From a virus (lineage: Duplodnaviria > Caudoviricetes): 64,000 nucleotides of DNA. Location of the stretch: the IMG/VR virus record IMGVR_UViG_2595698668_000001, positions 96,001-160,000 of that record; one strand, given 5' to 3'. The notes under the pieces were generated by a model, which was not told the origin of the DNA, searched no databases, and was given only the letters and a program-made list of their open reading frames with translations. Position 1 is the stretch's first letter, and each line of letters begins with the position of its first letter. This document shows, piece by piece, positions 38,123 to 47,622 of this stretch. The position numbers were made by a program, and so were the translations under genes.

Positions 38123-39676
38123 ATGATTCTTGATATTCTGAACGAAATTAATACAGCCCGTGGTAGCGCAAAGCTGGAAGTTTTGAAATCACATGTAGAC
38201 AACGAACTTCTCTCCCGCGTATGTCTGATGACATACAGTAAGCAGATTACCTTTGGTATCAGCAAAAAGACATTCCCAGTCGTGTCGTCCCATACAGGGG
38301 AATGTAGTCTTGAAAAAGCTCTAACTTTCATGATGGAAAAATTTGCAACTCGGGTCTTTACTGGTGGAGATGCAATCAGTAGACTTTCCGAAATTCTCAG
38401 TCAATTGTCTGAATCGGATTCGGAAGTAGTTAAAAGGATCATGTTTGGTGATCTGGATGTCGGTATTAACGTATCCACTATCAATAAGGTATGGAAAGGT
38501 CTGGTTAAAGAACAACCTCAAATGTTGAGTAGCCCGGAAGATCAAAAACTAATTGATAAAATCCTCAAATTGGGTAATGCGTATGCAGAACTTAAGGCGG
38601 ACGGGGCTCGTGGATTTGGTGATGTGACCGGATTATCCACTGATGATGGTGTACATTTCTTTACCCGTAGCTCAAACGAATATTTGGGTCTTAATCGCAT
38701 TATGAGAGCGATTGATAAGATGCAATGCATTGGGTGGGTGTTGGACGGGGAATTCGTTGTACGCGCATCTGATGAGCCAGAAATCGATGTTATGGCATCC
38801 CTCATGGGTGATGTTGAAGAAGTTGAACTATCGAAAAGTAAAAAATACGATAAAACTGTGTTTGACCGTGAATCTGGTAATGGGATCATGAACACCTCCC
38901 TTAAAAACAGTATCACTCCGGAAGACTCAGAACGTGTGGTTTATCAGGTATGGGATATTGTACCCCGTGATGTGTATTATGGTTTGGTTCCATGTCCCCC
39001 AGAATTGACCCAACAGAAACGACGTCAAATTTTGATTGACTTCTTGTCTAAGTTGGATGATGATTGTATCCAGATCATTGAGTCTACCCCCGTAAAAACT
39101 CTTGCCGATGTACGCCGCGTGTATCAGGGTTATGTACAAGATGGATATGAAGGTATCATTCTTAAACACGGTGATTCTTTGTGGGAAAATAAGCGTAGTA
39201 AACTGTTTGTTAAGTTCAAGGAAAAATACCCGTTTGACCTTCGAATCATTGAGGTTTATCCTCATGACAAAGACCCTAACAAGGTTGGTGGATTTGTCAT
39301 GGTTTCCGAATGTGGTACTATCAAGACAAACGGCGGTAGTGGTCTTACTGATACAACACACAAGAAGTCATATAGTTCGGTTGACATTTTTAACCATCCA
39401 GAACTAGAACGATTTGAAGATAAGGGTGGTCAATTTATCGAAATCTATATCCCGTTGGAAGAACGTGGGGAACTAGACAGAGAAAAATTGATGCAGATGT
39501 ACCGCGATGGGGAACTTGATGATATGATTGTTGAGTGTGAAGTTAACGCACCAACCACATCAAAAACTCGGAAAGCTGGTGACCCAGAGTATAGTTTCTT
39601 CTTGCCTATCATCAAGAAACTGAGATGGGATAAGAATACCGCAAACCGCTACGAAGATGTTTTTGTTATCAGTTGA
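38123..39676 (+). CDS. 30: ATP-dependent DNA ligase
   Basis: ELKADGAR, LDGEF, WDIV, EGIILK, WENKRSK..KFK, FLPI. Confidence 0.97.
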   Translation: MILDILNEINTARGSAKLEVLKSHVDNELLSRVCLMTYSKQITFGISKKTFPVVSSHTGECSLEKALTFMMEKFATRVFTGGDAISRLSEILSQLSESDSEVVKRIMFGDLDVGINVSTINKVWKGLVKEQPQMLSSPEDQKLIDKILKLGNAYAELKADGARGFGDVTGLSTDDGVHFFTRSSNEYLGLNRIMRAIDKMQCIGWVLDGEFVVRASDEPEIDVMASLMGDVEEVELSKSKKYDKTVFDRESGNGIMNTSLKNSITPEDSERVVYQVWDIVPRDVYYGLVPCPPELTQQKRRQILIDFLSKLDDDCIQIIESTPVKTLADVRRVYQGYVQDGYEGIILKHGDSLWENKRSKLFVKFKEKYPFDLRIIEVYPHDKDPNKVGGFVMVSECGTIKTNGGSGLTDTTHKKSYSSVDIFNHPELERFEDKGGQFIEIYIPLEERGELDREKLMQMYRDGELDDMIVECEVNAPTTSKTRKAGDPEYSFFLPIIKKLRWDKNTANRYEDVFVIS

Positions 39677-39701
39677 CAAAAATGTACAGGGGGAGTAAAA
39701 T
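39673..39701 (+). promoter_or_regulatory. sigma70-type promoter
   Basis: TTGACA-N17-TAAAAT. Confidence 0.7.
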
Positions 39702-39730
39702 CCCCCATACAATCAAAAGAGGAATACATT

Positions 39731-39907
39731 ATGAAAGGTTATATCTCATACATGGGTAAAGTTGTTGATGTAGAGCTTGACGAAAATGGTAACATCGATT
39801 TTGAATCTATGGGGATCCCAATCGTCGGGGTTGTACCGACTGCGTTTAACCAAAACACGTTTGTTGATGCATACGGTAATGTCCTTCATTTCAACGTACA
39901 TCGGTAA
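39731..39907 (+). CDS. small hypothetical protein (58 aa, not in ORF track)
   Basis: GAGG RBS, MKGYISYMGKVVDVELDENG..., downstream of promoter at 39673. Confidence 0.65.
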   Translation: MKGYISYMGKVVDVELDENGNIDFESMGIPIVGVVPTAFNQNTFVDAYGNVLHFNVHR

Positions 39908-39915
39908 GGGATTTT

Positions 39916-40536
39916 ATGACTCGCAAATTTAAATTCAAAGACGAAGAATCATTTAACAATTTCATCAATAAACATCTTTATATGAAAGGGGTTTTGTTCT
40001 GGTTCAGAGAATTTGAAGTCGATTATGACGAGGACTTTGGTGGGATCTATAATATCCAAGACGTTTTTGGTGATTGGCATACCACCCAGTTTGGTTCGCC
40101 TTTTTTCTGGTATGGTGATATTAAATCGTCCCTTATCGAAATTTATGATTGTGAATATCGCAATAAGTATGGTATGACCAGAGAAGAATACTGGGATGAG
40201 GTAATGCGCCGTCGTCAACCAGAATGGTGTGAGCTGGACCGTCTTAACATGATCGGGTCTCATTTCTTCCATGAAGATGAATACAAAGACACATATTATG
40301 ATGGTAAAATGTCTGTATTCCTTAGTGAGGCAAAAAGACCTTATGGGAACAAAGATATTCAACAGTCTATCGCCTATACTTTGGGGTGGGATTGGGGTCG
40401 TGAACTTTGTTACGATATGAAGGGGTTGCCAGATAATGTAAAAGAAGCAGCTACACAATTACATGAAAAATTGATAGCACAAGTTAGAGAGAAGGAAAAT
40501 AATGAGGAACGAGAACGAAATCACACTAACAAATAG
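39916..40536 (+). CDS. hypothetical protein
   Basis: 206-aa ORF with AAGGG RBS. Confidence 0.7.
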   Translation: MTRKFKFKDEESFNNFINKHLYMKGVLFWFREFEVDYDEDFGGIYNIQDVFGDWHTTQFGSPFFWYGDIKSSLIEIYDCEYRNKYGMTREEYWDEVMRRRQPEWCELDRLNMIGSHFFHEDEYKDTYYDGKMSVFLSEAKRPYGNKDIQQSIAYTLGWDWGRELCYDMKGLPDNVKEAATQLHEKLIAQVREKENNEERERNHTNK

Positions 40537-41806
40537 TCAACAAATGGCGGTGGATGCGGTTCAATCTGGGACTGGTCATATTACGATATCCGGTCCCCCC
40601 GGTAGTGGTAAAACATTCTTGGTAAAATATATTATCAAAATGCTTGGTGACGAATTGGGTACAGTTCTTGCTGCCCCCACACACCAAGCTAAAATCGTTC
40701 TAACCGAGATGTCAGGTATTGAGGCTTGTACAATCCATAGCTTAATGAAAATCCACCCAGAAACACTCGAAGACATTCAGATCTTTGACCAAAGTAAAAT
40801 GCCAGACCTTAGCACGGTTCGATATCTCATTATCGAAGAAGCGTCTATGCATTCAAAAGCCCTGTTTAATATTACGATGAAATCTATTCCTCCGACTTGT
40901 CGTATTATTGCCATAGGAGATAAAGACCAGATCCAACCAGTAGATCACGCACCGGGCGAATTGAGTCCGTATTTCACAGATAGTAGATTTACTCAAATCC
41001 GAATGACTGATATTATGCGTCAATCTCTGGATAACCCGATTATTCAGGTAGCGACAACTATTAGGGAAGGTGGATGGATCTATCAGAACTGGAACAAAGA
41101 GAAAAAGTCTGGTGTGTATAAAGTAAAAAGTATCACAGACCTGATCAACTCATATCTCCGAGTTGTGAAAACTCCGGAAGACCTAACCAAATACAGGTTC
41201 TTGGCATTTACAAACAAGGTAGTTGATAAAGTCAACTCGATTGTTCGTAAACACGTATATAAAACAGACCTACCATTCATCGAAGGTGAGAAGCTTGTTT
41301 TACAAGAGCCGGTTATGGTTGAATACGACGATGATACGATAGAGACAATCTTCACTAATGGTGAGGTAGTAACTGTCGATGAAATTGAAGTGTCAGATAT
41401 GAACATTCGTATTGATGGCTCCCCAGCATTTTCTATTTCCGTTGCCAAGCTTAAGGTAACATCAGATTTTTCTGGTGTGACCCATGACATAATGTCTGTA
41501 TATGGTGAAGACTCAAAAGCTGAGTTTAATTACCAACTCAGTGAAGCGGCGGCTGTTATAAAACAAATGCAACGTGGACAAACTAAGGCAGCATGGGCTT
41601 CGTTCTGGGATGCTAAAAAGACATTTACAGAAACAAAATCTCTTGGTGCATGTACCATTCATAAAAGCCAAGGATCTACTGTAAAGGGTGTCTGGCTTGG
41701 GTTGCATGATATCAGTTACGCTGATACCGACCTACAACAACAACTTGTTTATGTTGGTGTGACTCGCCCCACGGATTTCTGTTTGTACTTCGATGGCTCT
41801 AAATAA
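40502..41806 (+). CDS. dda: SF1B DNA helicase Dda
   Basis: GPPGSGKT, APTHQAK, TIHS, GDKDQI, TIHKSQGST, YVGVTR. Confidence 0.96.
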   Translation: MRNENEITLTNSQQMAVDAVQSGTGHITISGPPGSGKTFLVKYIIKMLGDELGTVLAAPTHQAKIVLTEMSGIEACTIHSLMKIHPETLEDIQIFDQSKMPDLSTVRYLIIEEASMHSKALFNITMKSIPPTCRIIAIGDKDQIQPVDHAPGELSPYFTDSRFTQIRMTDIMRQSLDNPIIQVATTIREGGWIYQNWNKEKKSGVYKVKSITDLINSYLRVVKTPEDLTKYRFLAFTNKVVDKVNSIVRKHVYKTDLPFIEGEKLVLQEPVMVEYDDDTIETIFTNGEVVTVDEIEVSDMNIRIDGSPAFSISVAKLKVTSDFSGVTHDIMSVYGEDSKAEFNYQLSEAAAVIKQMQRGQTKAAWASFWDAKKTFTETKSLGACTIHKSQGSTVKGVWLGLHDISYADTDLQQQLVYVGVTRPTDFCLYFDGSK

Positions 41807-41841
41807 AGGAAAGGGGGAGTACCCCCTTACTTGAAAGGAAT

Positions 41842-42021
41842 ATGAAAATGAAATGTATCATTTGTAAACAAAAAATTGAATCTCATCAAACCACTGTAGA
41901 TACTCCCCATGGTACTCTCCATTATCAAGGATGTTATGCATACTACAAAGATCAATTTGAAAACTCTAAACTGAACGAATCGGATTTGAGTTCTAAAATT
42001 GAAGAGGTGCAAATGCTGTAA
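41842..42021 (+). CDS. UvsY.-2-like small zinc-binding protein (59 aa, not in ORF track)
   Basis: MKMKCIICKQKI...VDTPHGTLHYQGCY...EEVQML, directly upstream of uvsY. Confidence 0.8.
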   Translation: MKMKCIICKQKIESHQTTVDTPHGTLHYQGCYAYYKDQFENSKLNESDLSSKIEEVQML

Positions 42022-42437
42022 TGGATTACTCATTGGAAAGCTTACAAGCCGAATTGGAAAAAGACCTTATTATCGACCGTGGTAATATTCAAAATTCCGC
42101 TATGGACAATCCAGTAATCTATGGGAAATGGATCCGGTATAAAGCAGACTTAAGCCGTCAGCGTATTGGTATTCATTCTTCGCATGTTGTTATCCTGAAA
42201 GATAGTCTAATGCACAATACTGGGCGTGGTGATGATATATGCGAGTTTGATTTTAGTGCAACTGAATTAAAAACTATCATCCCAGCGGACGATAACGTTC
42301 TTTTGTCATCCAAAAAACTGGATTATCTTGATCTTATGATTAAGTTTTGTGACGGTGCAATCGAATCTATCAGACAACGTGGGTTTAGCATTCGAGCGAT
42401 TGTTGACCACCAAGCCCTTATGGTTGGTGTAAAGTAA
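42021..42437 (+). CDS. uvsY: recombination mediator UvsY
   Basis: LEKDLIID, NPVIYGKWIRY, IRQRGFSIR. Confidence 0.93.
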   Translation: MDYSLESLQAELEKDLIIDRGNIQNSAMDNPVIYGKWIRYKADLSRQRIGIHSSHVVILKDSLMHNTGRGDDICEFDFSATELKTIIPADDNVLLSSKKLDYLDLMIKFCDGAIESIRQRGFSIRAIVDHQALMVGVK

Positions 42438-42440
42438 AGT

Positions 42441-42476
42441 AAAATCCCAAGTGAATCAATCACTTGGGATTTTTTG
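42441..42476 (+). terminator. terminator after uvsY
   Basis: aaaatcccaagtga-atcaa-tcacttgggatttttt. Confidence 0.8.
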
Positions 42477-42572
42477 TATTTATTTTTCAAAAATCGCTTG
42501 CACCAAAATCCAGTTCTGGTAATATTACTCATGTCGGGACGGGTTGTCCCTCTTCTGAAAAGGAAATGAACC

Positions 42573-42800
42573 ATGACTATGACCGCTCAAGTTTTCTTCA
42601 CCACTCGTTCTGCTGCTCGTGTCGCTTCCTTCGGTAAAATGACCGACAACGGTAAAGATTCTGCAAATCGTTGGGCTCGTTCTGTAGAGGTTACCCCTTC
42701 TCAGAAAAAAGAGACTATGACCCTCACCCGAACTGGTCGTCGTGGACCTTCCACCCAGACTACCGTGGTTGTTAAGAAAATGAAAACCATGGTTCGCTAA
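42573..42800 (+). CDS. small basic early protein
   Basis: AAGGA RBS, upstream TTGCAC/TGGTAATAT promoter-like sequence, biased codon usage. Confidence 0.7.
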   Translation: MTMTAQVFFTTRSAARVASFGKMTDNGKDSANRWARSVEVTPSQKKETMTLTRTGRRGPSTQTTVVVKKMKTMVR

Positions 42801-42811
42801 GGAGAGATAAA

Positions 42812-43168
42812 ATGAATCACTACAACAATGAAGTTTTGAAAAATGGTGAATTTGGTAAAGTTATGGAGATCCGTGAACTGACTAACGAGGTTCGAAAAGA
42901 ACTTAATTGTCTTGTTCTAGAACACTCACGGGGAAAGAACCGCCAAAACTGCATCTTGACTCTCCTTTATGATGTAGACCCAGATCTCGCCCACATGTTT
43001 TCCGCGTCACGTTATGTTCGGGTTGGTGGGACGATCTATCAAAAAGAAAAATGTAGCGTTGGTTTCATTTCTCAGTTGGTCTATGAAACTCTGCGTGATT
43101 ATGAAAAATTCCTGATGAAACCAACAGGCTACGACCCACTGTTCGTTAAAAACAAAAAGCCCGCATAA
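42812..43168 (+). CDS. hypothetical protein
   Basis: AGGAG RBS, 118 aa, ends in bidirectional hairpin. Confidence 0.75.
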   Translation: MNHYNNEVLKNGEFGKVMEIRELTNEVRKELNCLVLEHSRGKNRQNCILTLLYDVDPDLAHMFSASRYVRVGGTIYQKEKCSVGFISQLVYETLRDYEKFLMKPTGYDPLFVKNKKPA

Positions 43169-43183
43169 AGCGGGCTTTAAAAA

Positions 43184-43465
43184 TCAAAAGTCTTCTACTT
43201 CCTCACCACCTTCCTCTTGTTTAAAGGCTTCACGGCGACCATCGATTGCATCCCGGATCTGAATATCATCAGTATCCGAAATAGCAACGGATTTTATTCG
43301 ACTTTTATAATAACGTTCTAGTTCGTCAAGTCCTTTGGGTGTCATTGCTGACATAATTTTACCCAAAAACTTTTCGATACTTACAGCAGGTTTGTCATCA
43401 CCACCATCGGTGTTTTTTTCTTCTACCTCTTCTTGAAGGCGAAGATAATCAGCAAAATATATCAT
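43184..43465 (-). CDS. uvsW.1: UvsW.1 protein
   Basis: SIEKFLGKIMSAMTPKGLDELERYY..R...SDTDDIQIRDAIDGRR. Confidence 0.9.
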   Translation of the reverse strand: MIYFADYLRLQEEVEEKNTDGGDDKPAVSIEKFLGKIMSAMTPKGLDELERYYKSRIKSVAISDTDDIQIRDAIDGRREAFKQEEGGEEVEDF

Positions 43466-43466
43466 T

Positions 43467-44390
43467 TTATACCTCTTGAATAATTGATAATACTCTTGGT
43501 AAGTCTCTTTCATATATAGTCTCTGTATTACCAGAGTACAACCAATCAGACACACCAGAAAATTGTTGTTTTATTTTTTGTTCTATATTGAAAGGTACGT
43601 TTCCATCGTCATATAACCGTTTAAACACGTTTTCGGATATTTCCATATCTACACCACGTATATGTTCGGATGACCTTTCGTCGGGGTCTCTATTTGTTAT
43701 CCCATATTTGTATATAACAGGGAGACGTTCTGCTTTGTATTTATACACATAAAACCAACCAGATTTTGATTTGTCATATCCGCCGTGACTAGAACACCCA
43801 GAACACCTATAACCATTTATAAAATTGTTGGCAGTAGAACTATTTATTCCATGATCAGGGCAAATATATTCGAATCTCGATTTTTGGTTTTTATAGCCTT
43901 CTGGAAATCCTAAAAATTCATACCCAGAATCATCACATAAAGACTTAATGTGTGATGATATCTCTTTTAATGTCTTCCTTTTATTTTTACTACACGAAGG
44001 GCATCCAGTTTCTTTATTTACAAAATTTACATAAAATGATTTTTGTGTTCCATGATGTTTACATTCAAATACAACAGAACGCATATCATTTAACTCATAA
44101 TCAGAAAATTCTATAAATTTATATCCAGATTTTTCGCATCTTCGTTTTATTAAAATTTCGTGCTGTTCTTTTGTTAAATGCTTCTTTTTAGAGCACCCAC
44201 AATTGAAATTACCATTCTCCAAATTATATTTTGTTGTAGAGAACGGGTGTGGGTATAACTCTTTATCTTCCGAGCATATCGAACAAGTATATTCGAAATG
44301 GGTTCTTCCCAATTTTTTAATTTTATTAATTACAACAATTTTACCACCACGGTCGGTGGTAAAATTGGAACCTACGAAATCACATATCAA
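43467..44390 (-). CDS. putative homing endonuclease with Cys/His zinc-ribbon repeats and C-terminal GIY-YIG-like domain
   Basis: CSIC, CKHHG...GCPSC, CPDHG...CSGC repeats; WFYVY...YKYGITNR...E; lower GC; inserted between uvsW and uvsW.1; TTG start overlaps uvsW stop. Confidence 0.75.
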   Translation of the reverse strand: MICDFVGSNFTTDRGGKIVVINKIKKLGRTHFEYTCSICSEDKELYPHPFSTTKYNLENGNFNCGCSKKKHLTKEQHEILIKRRCEKSGYKFIEFSDYELNDMRSVVFECKHHGTQKSFYVNFVNKETGCPSCSKNKRKTLKEISSHIKSLCDDSGYEFLGFPEGYKNQKSRFEYICPDHGINSSTANNFINGYRCSGCSSHGGYDKSKSGWFYVYKYKAERLPVIYKYGITNRDPDERSSEHIRGVDMEISENVFKRLYDDGNVPFNIEQKIKQQFSGVSDWLYSGNTETIYERDLPRVLSIIQEV

Positions 44391-45892
44391 AGCAAAATCT
44401 CCTTGATCTGATAATCAAACATCTCACTTGCATATCTTTCGATACGAAGCATTGCATGTTTGTAAGCATAATTTTTATGTGCATATTTAACCGAGCCCGG
44501 TTTTGAATTTTTGGTCTCGATACATAGGTTATCTACAATATCCCATAGAGTGGCTATAGTCTTCTCACCATGCTTTCGAAGAACCCGACCAATACTCTGT
44601 AACGTGGTAACCTTAGATTTAAATGGGGAAGCGAATATAACGTGAAATAGCTTTTTGATAGAAATACCGGTTGAGAATATACCGATAGAAGCAACGATGA
44701 TCATTCCATCGCTACCTTCTGCAATTTTCTTAAGCTGATCCCGTTCCTCTACGTTAGTATCACCATTAGCAAAGAATACATTATCGTGCTTTTTGCTAAG
44801 GGCCTCATAAAGTTTCTTCCCATGTTCCTTATGCCTAAACAATATCAAGGTATTCTCTTTCTTCTCTTTGGCTAATTTTAAAGCCAAACGACACACAAAA
44901 GCATTTCTCTTTGTATGTTCCTCGATATATTTAATCTCTTGTTGATATTCTATTCCTTTAGTTAATACACAATCTTGTTTAGGATACCGCAAGAACAGGT
45001 TATTTATTTTAAGATCTGTTACTTGACCCTCTTCCATAAGTTGTTTAGTACTAACCGGCTTGAATACATCCCCAAACAAACCAACATACGACATAATATT
45101 ACATTTACCATCTTTCAAAGAACCACTCATACCCCATTTAAACGGGCACTCAGAGAGGTTTGTGATGATATTCTTAATCTCACTACCTACGTTGTGACAC
45201 TCATCAATCAAAAGAGCCCCAAATTGACGAAACCAATGAACAGGTTGTTTTGATGCACTTTGCCATGTACTAACGAATACTGGTGCTGGGTGATCTTTTG
45301 TTTTGCCAGCCATAATACCATGAGAAAATTCCCGTCTCATAAACTGGTAATCCGCGAAATCGTCCATCATCTGAGTAACAAGGGAGGTTGTTGGAACGAT
45401 CAGCAATATTTTCCCATCATAATTAGTCATATACCAGTAGCAAATAAGAGCTGCTATTAGGGATTTACCGGCAGATGTAGGAAGGTTTAAGATACCCCGG
45501 TTATTCTGAATTGCGTAATAAACCGCATCAGCCTGATACCAGTGAGCGGTAATCTTATTTCCCCCAGAATATATATCAATATCCGCCAACCATTTGTCAA
45601 ACTCTTCTCTAGATGTGAAATGGCTAATAGGGGTGAAGTCTTCTTCTTTTTCAAATTCGTATTCGTTTCTAGCGCAATATTTCTCAAGGTTATTGACCAG
45701 ACCATAAGGGAATTTCCCATCCGGTTGTAGGAGACGGATCCGACCATCCCAACCGCTATATTTAAACTTAGGATTAAATCTAGCGCCACCTTCCGTCTCA
45801 AATGAATAATACTCTCTCAACTCCATGAAGATGTCACGTTCACACTCAATAATCGCATTACTATAGTCGTTGAATTTAACTGATACTTTCAT
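44387..45892 (-). CDS. uvsW: SF2 helicase UvsW
   Basis: WDGRIRL, LPTSAGKS, VPTTSLV, DECH, QSIGRVLR. Confidence 0.97.
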   Translation of the reverse strand: MKVSVKFNDYSNAIIECERDIFMELREYYSFETEGGARFNPKFKYSGWDGRIRLLQPDGKFPYGLVNNLEKYCARNEYEFEKEEDFTPISHFTSREEFDKWLADIDIYSGGNKITAHWYQADAVYYAIQNNRGILNLPTSAGKSLIAALICYWYMTNYDGKILLIVPTTSLVTQMMDDFADYQFMRREFSHGIMAGKTKDHPAPVFVSTWQSASKQPVHWFRQFGALLIDECHNVGSEIKNIITNLSECPFKWGMSGSLKDGKCNIMSYVGLFGDVFKPVSTKQLMEEGQVTDLKINNLFLRYPKQDCVLTKGIEYQQEIKYIEEHTKRNAFVCRLALKLAKEKKENTLILFRHKEHGKKLYEALSKKHDNVFFANGDTNVEERDQLKKIAEGSDGMIIVASIGIFSTGISIKKLFHVIFASPFKSKVTTLQSIGRVLRKHGEKTIATLWDIVDNLCIETKNSKPGSVKYAHKNYAYKHAMLRIERYASEMFDYQIKEILL

Positions 45893-45992
45893 CTCATCTC
45901 TCTTTAAATTTTTCACATATATAATTTATTTAGGGTAACACTAAATAAATGCGAGGGAATACCATTTCCTCATGACGTAGGGAGAAAATAAA

Positions 45993-46355
45993 ATGCTTAT
46001 AAATAGTAAGCTGTTTAAAGACACCCTACCCGTCCTAACCGTTATTGTGGCGATTTGGGCCTCTATATTTTCATATAATGAATTTATAGCGGATTCCCGC
46101 CAAGTAGCTTTTAAAGAGCAAATCACTTCCCACATGGACAAATCTATAGATAACCTAAGAACGGAGATTAAATCTCTCCCAAATAAGGATTCTGTAGAAA
46201 CTGCTCAACTGCGGGCAATGCTTTATAGCAAGGATCTTATCGATGAGGTTAATAGGGGGAACCGAGTTGAATTGGAGAGACTTGAGAAGCGGATCAGTGA
46301 AATGGAAAACGCCAGAGTTGAGAAGAAAACTCAAACAAAACGCGAGGACGGTTAA
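45993..46355 (+). CDS. membrane-anchored coiled-coil protein
   Basis: N-terminal hydrophobic segment LPVLTVIVAIWASIFSY then charged helical domain; ACTAAATA upstream. Confidence 0.65.
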   Translation: MLINSKLFKDTLPVLTVIVAIWASIFSYNEFIADSRQVAFKEQITSHMDKSIDNLRTEIKSLPNKDSVETAQLRAMLYSKDLIDEVNRGNRVELERLEKRISEMENARVEKKTQTKREDG

Positions 46356-46477
46356 GTTGTCTAACGTGGGTCATGATGCAATTTGCTCATGGCCTTTTTT
46401 CTTTTTAAAAAGGGGTTGACTCATGAAACTTATGTGTAGTATTATCTATCTCGTTGAGACACGAAAGAGGAATTACA

Positions 46478-46960
46478 ATGCTGAATGATCCTTATGAGTT
46501 GTTTTTTGATATGGATGGGGTGATGGCGGACTGGTGTCGTGCATTCGATGCTCGTTTTGGTGCGGGTGCGGCGGAACAGTTTGATAGCCTGAACAAAGAA
46601 GAGAAGAACCTTATCAAAGAAGAACTGGCAAATGGTAATTTCTATCGTCATCTTCCGGTGATGGAAAAGGGGGTTTCTCTGGTTATTGAGATGGTTCGTC
46701 AGGGTCGCAAGGTAAGTATTTTGACTAGCGTCGGTCGTCAAAACCCAGAAAACGTAGTTCGCCAGAAGAAAGGTTGGATCTCTTATGTATATCCCGCTGA
46801 TGTTGCTGCGGTTCTGTTAGAAAACTTCCATTATACCCTGTGTAGCGAAGACAAAGCCGCGTTTGCTCGTCCGAACGTTTGTCTGGTTGATGACCGTGCT
46901 AAGAGTCGCATCCCGTTCATCGCTGCTGGTGGTGTTGCTGTTGATATCGCTGACCTTTAA
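46478..46960 (+). CDS. HAD-family 5'(3')-deoxyribonucleotidase-like protein
   Basis: FFDMDGVMADW, ILTS, KKGW, LVDDR. Confidence 0.85.
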   Translation: MLNDPYELFFDMDGVMADWCRAFDARFGAGAAEQFDSLNKEEKNLIKEELANGNFYRHLPVMEKGVSLVIEMVRQGRKVSILTSVGRQNPENVVRQKKGWISYVYPADVAAVLLENFHYTLCSEDKAAFARPNVCLVDDRAKSRIPFIAAGGVAVDIADL

Positions 46961-46972
46961 GAGGAATTGATT

Positions 46973-47287
46973 ATGTTGGTAGAAAGTTTGTCTGTTGGTG
47001 TTGTTTGTCTTGGTCTGGCATATGGTCTTGACAAGTTTTTGGGAACTGGTATCTTTTCTTGGAAAGAGAAAACCCCATCAAAATTGATGCGATCTAACTC
47101 AGATCAAGATTCAGTAATGAGGAACCAACACAACCAAAAAGGTATGATCGCCAAAAATGTGTTTGGTAAATTTTATGGTGGAAAGCATAAAGCTAGGGTA
47201 AACTATGTCGAGAAAGAACTTTGTGTTCCACACCCGGTAATTGTTAACTTTATGAACAACCTTTATAAAGAAAGGAAACAAAAATGA
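46973..47287 (+). CDS. hypothetical protein with N-terminal hydrophobic segment
   Basis: GAGG RBS; ORF in operon. Confidence 0.6.
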   Translation: MLVESLSVGVVCLGLAYGLDKFLGTGIFSWKEKTPSKLMRSNSDQDSVMRNQHNQKGMIAKNVFGKFYGGKHKARVNYVEKELCVPHPVIVNFMNNLYKERKQK

Positions 47288-47607
47288 GTAATGAAGAATT
47301 GCAAGTAGAATATCCAAACATTTATTTTTCGAAGTACAGTACAGGGTCTTATTGGCGAAAAGGGGCTGGTGGAAGGGATGCAGAAGCACTACCACGAAAC
47401 AAACCACTTGAGTTTCTTAACGAACAGTGCGGTTTGGTAAATGTAGGTGTTCGATATTTTGTATGTACTTGTTGTGGTACTGCACAAGACGAAGACCAAC
47501 TGGTGGGTAATGTGTTTGCGGGGAAATATTGCAAAACCTGCTATGACAAAGAGCCACAAATTCGCAAATCTATTGCCGAAAGCAAAAAACCCGGTTTTTA
47601 TGACTAA
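47284..47607 (+). CDS. hypothetical zinc-finger protein
   Basis: CTCC...CKTC. Confidence 0.65.
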   Translation: MSNEELQVEYPNIYFSKYSTGSYWRKGAGGRDAEALPRNKPLEFLNEQCGLVNVGVRYFVCTCCGTAQDEDQLVGNVFAGKYCKTCYDKEPQIRKSIAESKKPGFYD

Positions 47608-47622
47608 ATAAAAGGAAATAAT

